A DNA stretch of 64,000 nucleotides, taken from positions 89,438 through 153,437 of the forward strand of contig NMRA01000564.1 in the NCBI GenBank assembly GCA_002633005.1, read 5' to 3'. This document shows positions 13,301 through 25,300 of the stretch, one piece after another. Positions within the stretch are counted from its first letter, which is position 1. Each line of letters starts with the position of its first letter. The notes under the pieces were generated by a model that saw only the letters and a program-made list of their open reading frames with translations, had not been told where the DNA came from and made no database searches. This DNA comes from Phoronis australis. Taxonomy: Eukaryota > Animalia > Phoronida. The translations under genes were made by a program, and so were the position numbers.

Positions 13301-16300
13301 GAACGGTGGTACCAACTGCGGAAAGCACAGACAGTGTTGTTTCCAATCAAAACATTGAAAAATGACATAACAGATCTGTTATGAAAAATGCAAAATTAGC
13401 AACTGCTGAGATATTCGACTCACTTATGATTTTGTTTGTCTATTTATCACAGGTTACTGGGTGAAAGAAAGATACGGATGGTATCTGTTCGTCAATAAAA
13501 GCTACAATTGGACAAAAGCATATCATTATTGTCATTCCATGAATATGTCATTACTAACCCCTAGAGACGAAGGGGAAAATAAATTTGCCATAGGAGTTCT
13601 ACATCAGTTAGTCGGTAAGTGAATATGCCTAACTATGCGTTCATAGTGAATCTCGAGTTTCCAATCAGCAGGTTGAGTCGAACTTTTAAGATCATAATTG
13701 TTTGCGTGCATAGAGTGGACAGAGCAGAACTGCTAAGCAAGAAAATGTCACAGCCACACAGAATGCCGTAACCTTCGAATTGCAGCAACTCGCGCAGTGC
13801 ATCGGATCACCAATCTGGTGCCGCAATTTTGGTTTGAGACACTAAGGTAAAAAAGTGAAACCAACACGGTGTAACAGTTTGTGCAGACTCTCTTGCCAAA
13901 AGTTTCGCAGAATCCTCAAATGGCCATTTGGTGTACTGAGGGTTTGTACAAATCTTGGGAGTTATGAAGAGTGGAGCCCTGTCCCTTAAAAGTGGCCGAT
14001 AATGAGGGGAATTATTTAGAGGGGGGAAGGTTCAAGCCGACCGGTGGACAGAGGCAGCTTTCCTCCAACGTACGAGCCAGTCGGGCTTATGAGTGGCCAA
14101 TGTGTATCTATTTGTTTTGTTGACAACTGTTGCGGACGTTGTGGACTTCAGATTTTAAGGACCCGGTCACAGTTCAAGTCAGTGTTGTTTTGAGTTCTCT
14201 GTACCCTTACTGATAAAATTCAATACAATATGATCTGCGACAAATTTTAGCAACAAAACTTAGAGTGCACTCGTTTGTCACTTAAGTCGAGGGTTACTGC
14301 ATTTGTGCTGTTCTTGAAGTTTCTATTCTGACATAGCTTCAACTTCCGGAATGACGTGGCTGTACAGTTTCTTAGTCCGAAGGTCCATTGTATATTTCGG
14401 CAATAACAGTGTCAGTGATTTTTGGGCTATCAATCCTTTAAAGTCCTTGATAAGGTCACGTAGAAATAATAAATTTCAAACTCAAATAAGTCATTTCACC
14501 AACCAAAAACATAAAGTTGAAGCACAATCAGGGGAGCGCTACCTCACCGCAGTAAAAATCAAAACAAAGATTTCTTCCACAAAACGAGCCAAAACATTCT
14601 CTTCCAAAGATGGCGTGGCGTGGGCCTTTAGGTCCCCAAAATCTTCGGTGGATCACGCTTGAAGGGTACAGTACTGCTCAAATGTCACGCTTCAGTCCAC
14701 AATACAGCGCCCAGGACAGCTCTTTCAACATGACCCATTAAGCCAATGCAATCACGTTTTATTCTACAGGTCAAGACCGAAGCTTCTGGGAGAAGTCGTT
14801 GAGGCCTGGCTACTGGTCCGGGGGAAACGACTTACTGAACGAAGGAACGTTTATGATGGATGACCTTAAAACTCCTGTAAACTACACGAGTAAGTATACG
14901 GATTCTAAACCCAGCGTATTCCTGATATTGATGCAGAGTATATGACGAATTTAAGGCACTTTTTCATGGTCCGTTAGCTTAGATACAAAATAGTTCTGTC
15001 ATCCTGTCTGGCTGTCTTTCGGTGAGGCTGATTGTCGATATGTCTGTCACTCTGCACAGCTGTGTCGCCCCTCATTATTGCAATCACAAATTTGAGAGCT
15101 CATCTTTTTCGTGTATGTTTTTGATAGATTTTTTCCACGGTGAACCGAACGATCCAGCATTTGGAAGTGAAGACTGCATTGAAATCGAAGGAGACGGTCG
15201 ATGGAATGATTTTAACTGCGTTGCCAACTTGCCCTTCATCTGCCACAGTAAGTCGATGGTCATTTTCAATTTTGAAACAGATGTCGGAATTTTTTATTAT
15301 TAGAATACTTTTGCTGTCAATCAAAACATTCTGTTATCTTAGAATTGAGATTGAGCCTAACTTGTCAAGGCGGATCATTGTTGACGCCGAGTCAATATTC
15401 TCACGCAGCAATGCATTGTCAGCTGTGTCCGAGCACAAAACTCACTTCTCATGTGAATAAAAACACAAGCTGGGACCAGTTGAGTAGCAGTGCACAAAAT
15501 CAAAGTTGGTTTCTGAGTGGAAGATGGCAGTTTATAGCCACTTTTCTTTAGCAAATTGTTTCTAAACGCATTGAGTGTTTTGCTCGTCTGTTGCAGGGCC
15601 GTGCACATGTTACTCTCAAGGCCATTGTGATAGGCACACAGGCAAATGTCGATGCAGGTTACAGGGTAACCCAAGTTTGGGAAACTACAAATGTGTAAGT
15701 AACATTAATTCATTATTGATCGGAAAATTTCTCGTCGTTACACGTTTAACAGCTTATTATTTAAAATAACTTATTCTTATAAAAATGACATAGGCAAAAA
15801 TTGAATTTCGGGCCTCAAAAGCGAGGCTCCGATATTAATATAGGGTGCCTCGCCGAATGGCGGTCGAAAAGCCGGGCTCTCTTATATTAATATAGGTGTC
15901 TCGGCGAAAGGCGGCCGGAGAGCGGGGCCATCTATATGAATATAGAAAGGCCTCGCTTTTGACACCCGAAATTCGATTTTTGCCTTTGTCATTTTAATAA
16001 GAATAAGACATTTTAAATAATAAGCTGTTATTTACTCTTCCGCAACTTGTTTTCTATTTGTCTTCTACTTCGCCTTCGTTCCACATGTTATCCAATTACA
16101 TCACAAGAAATGGTTCTGTTTTGAAAAAAGTAAAAATGTAGAAGTCTTCTGTTCTAGAAACCCTACATCACTTCCATAGACCCTACGTTTGGTCCGTTGG
16201 CCGGAGGGACTCAGATAACAGTGCGAGGCGGCTACTTGGATCTACAGGAAATCAAATTACAGAACAAAAATTGCACAGTCGTTTACAGGTTTGCTTATGT

Positions 16301-19300
16301 GCTTTTCGCAGTGTATTAAATCAAACCTAATACGTAAATTACATCAATATACTTGGCCCCGTTGCAATAGGGTCGTCCCGGATTACATAGCGACACTCGC
16401 TGTATTTTCCCACAATGCCGTAAACATCCGTCAAGCACATTTGCTGCCTCGTTCTTGAGCCATTGGAGTTTCACATGTTATTTGTCGTTGTCTGATTTTT
16501 TACAAGTTTTTCTAGTTTGCAATACTCTGTTCGTCTTTCCAATGACAAAGAAGTATATATATATATTTATATATTAATGTTGCGCTGAGTGCTTCAACTC
16601 CGACGTAAGAAAGTTTGATAAACTGTTCAAATACCCGTGGAAGCGTGATGTGAAATTCTTCGCCTTCCCGGCATCAACGAGCTGCATGAAAATGTGCCTA
16701 TACTTTCTAAAATGAGGTCACGCACTTTCTTATCTCTGGAGCAAAGGAAAGTTCTAACGCCGTGTAATCCGGGAATGGACTGTTTATTTGCTGTATGTAC
16801 ATGTACACAATCAGTCTATATAAATGTGAGTGCAAGATTTCGTAACTCAATTATTTTCTATGATAATCCCTTTAACAGAATGAGCAATTGTATTAAGGAG
16901 ACTCTCTAGGACTTACGGAATGACTTTGGCCTGAATACCATCTTCGAATGACATTAACATCACATTTCCTCGATCGTATACCGAACTACACTATACTGAT
17001 ACTATTACGCTTTATGCTTTCAGCAATGACTCAACGGTTGTCTTCAAGACAATCCAATCGGAAGTGACTGGAACTTGGCCTGTAGTCTTTGACTTCCGTG
17101 GCGAGCACCAGATAAAACCCGTCAGCTTTACTTACATGAAGAATCCGGAAATAGACAACGTGCGCCCTCTAGAGACTTTTCTTCGGTAAGCAATGTTTCT
17201 GAACATTTCAGTCTTGCCTGTCAGTCATTTCAGTTTTGCCCATTTCGCTTATGTAATTTGATGAAGTCAAGTGTACAGTCGCGAAACTCTCCCCTTTCAC
17301 TCGCGTGATTTTTTGATGTTTTTACGAGATCGCATTTTTGTCTCAAGAAACGTAAACTGGGGCATTATTTCATCGATTGGCAAATGTTGCTCACGTACCG
17401 TTCGCTTATCCTGATACGTCTATGAATGACGTAAAGTGTACTTTCAGCGCAATATTTAGGATGTAGTCACGTGCACCTAGGCAGGAGAGGGGTGACAGCA
17501 GCATGTTTGATATAGTCGTATTATTGCCGTTAGATTATTTGTAGTTATGATATTAACGTACGGGGCAGTCGCAGAACGGGCGTGCTAAAATGAGACCTCT
17601 GCACCACCGTCGTACGAGTAATGCAAGGCATTTCCCGTCCGTCAAATTTAAGGTTTTCAAAAGAACCGAGCTTTCTAAGACATGCGTACGTTTGTCTCCC
17701 AATATCGGACGAAGTTCTGGCTCCCCGTAGAAAATGTTTTGCGAAGATGAAGCAATTTTTGCTTCTAGATTGAAGTCTTCCCGCCGTCATTGTAAAAAGC
17801 ATTTTTATTTGGCGTGTTACAGTACCATCACAGACACAACAGCCTCACAACGGACGTGGCGATATTCCCTACTTTTTCGTGACAGACTAATCGCATACGC
17901 CATGAGTTACAAGCCGCAGGTTACATTTGTTTTTAAGTCAATGAAGATAAATGTAACTAGATTATTATGTTACTCTATGTATAAGTCAAGCGTTGAAAGC
18001 TGTGCCTCGTGTACCCGGCTCTGCAGCTTTCCGTTTATTTGTTTTTCCATCAAGAAATGTTTAATTTAATAATTGTGCTATAATTCAACAGTGAATGTTA
18101 TTAAATTTGATATTTTCATTTCAAGGGGTGGAGTGCTACTTACAGTGACTGGAAAAGACCTGGACTCAGTCAGTTCTCCATGGATGATTACCAATATGAC
18201 GTACAGGGGTGACTCTACACTATTTCCCACAGTAAGTATCAGTGCGTTCCCTAGTTCCGTTGTGCTGACGCACTATTCCATTATAAATGTGATCGTATGT
18301 GCGTATTAATCAGTTTAGTTCCATTTTACCAACACAAATTTTTGATTCCGTACGACACACATGGTAAATTAGAAGTTTATGCGGAAGCTACATATTTAAG
18401 TTCGGCAATTGTTCTCGGTGATATAAAAAGACAAGCAGCTATTAACAATTTTCTGATATGAATCGATAAAGAAATGACATAACGACATTTTTATCAGTAA
18501 GAATTATTTGCCTACGTTGGTCACATTACGTGACTTAAAGATTTCTGCCCCGATCGGGACTCGAACCCGGGATCTTTTGCTAACCTTGCAGACTCTCAAG
18601 CTTAAACGTAAAGCGTGCATGAGGCTAATAAATCTTACTTATATATGTCTGCACGCTGTTTCATAACAACACAATGATATGTCCTTCTATCAATTTAGAA
18701 ATGCACACCCAAAGCTTCTACTGTCATCCTCTGTCCAACTCCTAAGATAGAGCTCCCGTCTCTGCTGGAGAAAAGATCGCGAAGAGAAATAAAAATCAAG
18801 CATCAATATAACGACGAAGACCTGAAATTCACTATCGGTTTCATTTTGGATGGATATGTGAAGTATAAGTAAGTTTGGAACTCTAGCTGTCGTAAGATCG
18901 ATGTTACATTGAATATTAGCTTAACTTCAATGATAGCGTTGACCTCATTGGTTCACATTTTAGTCAACTGTCAAGAACTAGCCCAGTACGCATTGGGTTT
19001 TGTTTGTTCACACGCTTTAATTTGTTATGAGACAATTTATTAATACCTTGTGCTTTGAATAGAAAACCGAAAAATTTATCCCTGCAGGAAAATGAGCGAA
19101 TCGCTGCCAGAATACTCTGTGCTGACAGTTTATGACAATCCTGAGATCTTAGTATTTGAAGAACAAGATGGCGTGCGGGCGTTCGACCACTCTGTTCGAC
19201 CCTTCATCGACATCAAGGTAAGCATTTTAAGTGCACGGAATATAGTATATAATTTCAAATGGCGTCGTTTTATGTCCTCAGCTGATTCACTTGCAGTAAA

Positions 19301-22300
19301 ATGGGACAAATTTAAGACTGTGACCTAGATTTAAAATCTCCTTAAGTCACTTCTCAATCCCATACCTTATCATGCTGGAATAGAGATCCGTTTAAAGGTG
19401 TCATGAATAAGTCACTCAATATATTTTCATTATAAAGGGCCGAAGACTTGACCATGATTGGAGAGATCAAGTTTGGATTCAGATTGGCTACAATGGTACA
19501 TGCGTCGTCACATCTGTGACTTGGAACCAGCTAACATGCCGACCACCGGAAGTGATACCCATTGTTGATCCAGACAACTATGGCCCACGAACCACACCTC
19601 CGGTGATTGTGAGTAATATTTTGTTATATCTTTTGTAAACTTTACAAGTTATCCAGTGGATAAGTTAAACTGCTGCATGAAGTCAATGTCATGTGTCAAT
19701 CAAGTGTATAACTTTTATGTAACTTACCCCATTGTCTCGTTTCATTAAAGGTCGCAAAGAAGTTTGAAAGACAATTCATTACACCTGCTATGAAAGCTTT
19801 ATTGCTCGACACTCGAGTTGCGTATCGCAGACCTGAGACACTCGCAAGACTGCTAGTGTAGTTACAGGGTTTGGTTGTAATGCAAGATATCTCGCGGAAT
19901 CTTGGAGTTTAGGGAATACATGATATGCTTTACAAGTCGGCTCGATTCTGCTGGATATTTTGTGCTCTCTACCAGCATCTGTCATGCGCGCACCCAGGGG
20001 GGGGCTCGGGGGGCCCGAGTGAGCCCCCCCCCCATTTGGCGAAGTGGGCAAAAAGGTCCTTGTGTGAGAAACAAAAAGTCCGAGTAAGTGAGACAAAAGT
20101 CCACTAAACAAACACAAACGCGCAATTCACAGTGGTGTACCCGTTTTTTTTTTTATTTTTTTAGTCCGTCGGCTATTTTGTAACCAAAAGGTCCACAACG
20201 TTAGGAATTCGAGCCCCCCCCCCCCTCCATATTGAAGGCTGGGTGGGCGCATGTGTATCCTCAAACACAATTGAACTGTCGGACTTCCCCTAACTCAAAA
20301 CAATAACACACGTGTATTTGATTCCTATACGCGTCACTACGAACACACGAATGCCATAAATTGCCAAATGTTCCTTTCAGTACTGATGGGACTATATGGA
20401 CACTCCTACAGGTCTAACGTAAGAAAAGTGCGCTCAAGTAAAGCTGTAACTGAGCACTAAATCGCTTGAGTCTCGTTTATCTTAAAGAGCAAAAGTACAG
20501 AAACGAAAACCTTCTAAAATTCAAGAGGATTTCATCACGCTACTGGTTCAATTATAAGGGAGACTGTGTGATGATGTTAAATCACCATTTGAGATCAATG
20601 GTGACAGTGTAGACGAAGAGCAAGCAAAATAGGCAGTGATTCAGATAACAGTCTATCAATTTAAGGCCCCTGAAAACGATTTGGGTTTGTGGTCAGTTGA
20701 GAGGTTATGGTTAGCGTTGGATAAAGATCGCTTGCAACCCTTGTTTAGCTACAATGGACTACAAAAACATGAGCGTAAACAGAAACGTCGCTTTATCACG
20801 TCATTGTTTCACTGATCAGCTTTTCAAAATGATGGGAAGACTGTGAAGAAAGATGTTTTATTTTATCTACAAACTTTCTTCCGGTAGTCAGTGCTTTTCT
20901 GACCGGAAACCGTCAGGGATCTCACCTATTTTCATTTGTTACCGTCAGTAGGGTCTGTTTCATCCGCAGGTCTGGGAGTTTTTAGATAAGAGGTATTATT
21001 TCTTTCCCACTTGCTGTATTATTTCTTATGGACAAAACAACTGAAAAATCGGAAGGGTTCTAAAATCAGAATGTAAACACCGAGGGTTTGTATAGTGAAT
21101 TATTCCCACTTGTCTATATTGAATTTTATTAGATTTGCGTATAAAATTGCATGATTCCATTGCTCACATTTAGTAGTATAGATAAAGCACTATGACACGT
21201 GAACATAATTCCAATGGTTGCTCTTGCAAATGAGGGTCAGACCTTGAACTCTGTCTTGGTACCTGGAAACAGTGAATTCGCCATTGTTCTACATGCAGTT
21301 GTTTGGTTCTTCATGCGTACATGTATAGGGTATTGGTTATTCTGTTTAATGTTTCTGTGCTATAATCTGCCACTTACAGTTTCCCTGAAGTATCTTAGTT
21401 TCTCTTTGCTTAATGACGACATTTCTTTACCATTTGTTTATGAACCAGGTTCACGTTGGCAGCATATCTACCCACGTTGGATTCCTTGAGTGGCCAGCTC
21501 CCCAGCAGTGGTGGCAGACAGACACCTTTACTATATCTGTCGCATCCTCGGGTGGTGCCCTGCTTCTTTTGTGCATCGTGCTGATCGCGCTACGTCATGG
21601 TCGACGCAAGAAAGTCCGCCGAGAACTTCCGCAAGTTTTAGACCGTGAAGTGGCAGAGAGAAATAATTACGAAAAACTGTTTGGTGAGATTTTGTATAAC
21701 TAATTATAACTGAAACTTGTAAGTCTCTGACTTGAAAAATCAATGTAAAACGGGAAGTAACTACAAGATCTATGTTGTTGTAGAATAATTATGTGAACAG
21801 TTATTATTGAATGTTAATTGCCACTCTTTAATTGGATCTATCCTGCAAAGGAGAAAGTTTCCCGTTTAGCAATTTAGTAAACAACTTGCTATGCCAAATG
21901 TGTCGCGCTTTTTCCGTTTGAGCACAGTTTGGGCAGCAAATCTGCCTGGAAGAGCCTAAAAAGAGCGGGCCCTTTAATGATTTTATATGATATACCTATG
22001 GCATCTGTAAGCCTCAAGCTACAATGCACGTCTATTCCAGGTCAACCTCAGCAAAACATCGATGAACTTCTTTCGCTTCTGGACGAGTCTTTACTAAGTC
22101 AAGTGAAACGGTGTACACTGGAATCAGACAGGTTAACAGTTGGCGCGGTCATCGGAAGAGGTAATGTTGAGGACAGAAATAATCACCGTACTTCTTATGG
22201 TATTATCCACGTAAGCAACACCTTGTAACGATTTTGTAAAATTATCCAACTTCTCAAGTTTGAAGACTGGTGACCCTTGTTTCTTTGTTAAGATCGGATG

Positions 22301-25300
22301 TCAAAATCAAGCACGTTTCCTAACAGAAATAAGGAAATACTAGGTTTAACATTAGTGTAGCGAATATGTGTTGAATTTTAGGACACTTTGGTAAAGTATT
22401 GCAAGGCAGTCTTACCGACGAAAGCAACAATGATACAAGGAAGGTGGCTGTCAAGTCGTTGAAAGGTAATGAATTTCAATACATCGACGTGGTGAAGGGC
22501 AATTCAGTCGCCTGTTTTACAAGTGCTTAGAAACAACAGGAAGAATAACAACGCTCTTACATTGATCTATGATGTCTAGAATTCACTGTATTTGTTAGAG
22601 GCGATAATGATCTACAAATTGGGTCTACTTCCTTGTAGGCCAAAAACATTCTACAAAGTTTGACTAAAGAGCGTTAACGTTTCATAAAAATAAGTCTGTA
22701 ACTTAGAAACAAATAGTCACGGATAGGTTCATTGGAAATACGGATTTATATTGCATCCCATTAGGTGACAGAAGCATAACCGTGGACGAACTCAAAGCAT
22801 TTCTAGAGGAAGCTACAATCACCAACCATTTAGAGCACGCGAATGTTCTCTCCGTTTATGGCGTCGTGATAACGAAAAACACGCCCTATGTTGTGCTGCC
22901 CTTCATGGAAAATGGCGACCTGAAGTCATTTATTGCGAACCCGTACAATGTGAGTTTGATAAAATCAAAAATTGCACACCGTCTGCGAGCAAAATTGCAG
23001 TAGACATGTAAACAGTCTCTTCACAACGCTGTGATGTCTCACAATCCCGGCGTGTTGACCATGGAGCAAGTACAATGAGAAGTAATTATAGTATGCATCC
23101 ATGTTCAACAAAATTATCCTTTCGAGCATTGTCCCGGTGTTGCATCAAAGGGTTACGTTGGGCTCAGTATCCTACGTGTACGTATTAAAGTGCTTGTTGC
23201 CACTGAATGTCTGGTGCTTCAATGACATTGAAATACATACAAAGTAGACTATTAGATCAAAGAGTGTTCACAGACGAAGACGAATGGAAATTGGCTTAGC
23301 TCATAGCTCGCGCGTGCCGTAAAATGAACTGTGATGATTTTGCCTTGCGAGCCCTGAGGTGAATGTCTACTTCGGTTACTTCCTTTTACCTGGCGTGCGT
23401 AAAACCTCACAGCGTGCGGCCGAGGTAAGCTAAGTGCTTCGTCAGTTACCTTCGACACTCTCTCACTAGCACATAGTAATCGTGTGTACTACATTTAGGC
23501 TGAACTTCTTATTCCACTAGCAACCTCTATTTGCGGCTAATTGGCATCGAGTTATGTATTTGACTTACCGTTGTTTGAGGCAGCTAGCCGAGCGAGTATT
23601 TCTTTATGTTCGTCGAGCCGCATTGGCAAAGCAAGTGTCTATAGGTTTAAGAATCTGCGCAGCGAACTTGCGTCCACACCCCCTGGAGGACTCCAATTCA
23701 GCCCAGTCCCTATGTCGCAATCAACGTTTTCCTGTGCCACCAATATTCTGCCTCCAAACATCATCCCCATGTCATCGCCTGTCTTGGTCTGCTTGTCGTT
23801 CAGTTGCAAATTGTCACCCGTTGTCTTCCTGGACAAGCAGCCCGAAACTACTGCTATTTTACTCTCATCCTGTCGCCGTCGGTTTTCCCTGCATAAAACA
23901 AATTTGCCTAACAAGCCAACAATTAAGTTGAGCGTCACGCGCCTGTAGAGGTGTAATTTAATTAAGCCAAGGGACAGTTTAATACTTGTTGCCATTTGTA
24001 CGTTTATTGTGTTTATTGGCAGCCATACGCATGTCTCTTTTTTTATCTGGAGTTTTGTATACCAAACTTTTGTCTGTGGTTCCTAGATTGCTGAACTTTG
24101 CCAAGACTGTCGATTTCATTTAATAACTTATAAAACGTCATGCTTTTCAGATATTCAGCGTGAGAGAGTTGCTGGGGTTTGGTCTCCAGGTGGCGCGAGG
24201 CATGGAATACCTTGCAAGCCATAAATACATTCACAGGGATCTTGCTGCACGAAACTGCATGTAGGTATTACGACAGTCACTCCAATCACATAATTATATC
24301 AAACCAACCTCCCTTGATGTGCACGTTTTGCGGATCTCAAAGTCATTTGAATTTAAACGCCATCGATTAACACGCACTATATTTGGAACAGTCTTCGCCA
24401 GTTATGATCAAGGACACAGCAAGGGCAACGTAATTGAAATGAAACAGTAATGGCGGGTTTAATTGCCTGTGTACCGCATTGCCGCCCCTTTAGACCCATG
24501 GGCCTACATCCGCATTAATGCCTGTTTTCGCTGTTTTTTTTACCCAAGTGGTTCGCATATTGGCGCATGCTCCTAAGTTTCCCATATAATCCTTGGTATA
24601 TGTAATGTCCCCTGCATAGCCGGTTTTGACTACTGGGGTGCCAACCAAACGCACCTTTTTTACGTTTGCCTCTGTATATTTGGAACGCCTTGGCATAGTT
24701 CCAAGAAACTTGGTAAATAATTTTGTGTAACCGTTTGTCGCGCATTTAGGCCCGTGGTCCTACATCGGAATTAATTCCTTTTTGTGGTCTTTTTTCTAAG
24801 TGATTTGCGTATTGGCGCATGCGCCTACATGTAAGTTTCGCTTATAAGCGCAGTTTCTCACATACGCCCATGGGTCTAATGGCGCGGCCAAGCGGTACAC
24901 AATTCGAATATCGTATATCATTGTCGTGTTCAACTTATCGGAGTTTGTAGACAAGTGTTCCTACATAGTGTTTCGAGTTCAAGAGATATGTATGATTTGC
25001 CGATTGAAACGCATATCCGGTCTTTCGTCTAATCATGAAATCGTGGCCATTCTCTGGGTTTTATGAATCATATGACGCATTGACACACTGATGGGATCCA
25101 TGAATGGAACTTAATTCCCAGCGATCCACAAAAAGCGCCAAATTAAATACGAAATCGGAAATAGGAATGTGTATATAGGGCTACAGAATGCTTCAGCAAA
25201 TAGACCTCTTTGGCATAACTAAGAGGCCTACAGGCAAGTTTCGAAATCTAGACTAGAGTTCCATAGACTGCAAGACATTAACGTGCACTTGAGGGGAAAA

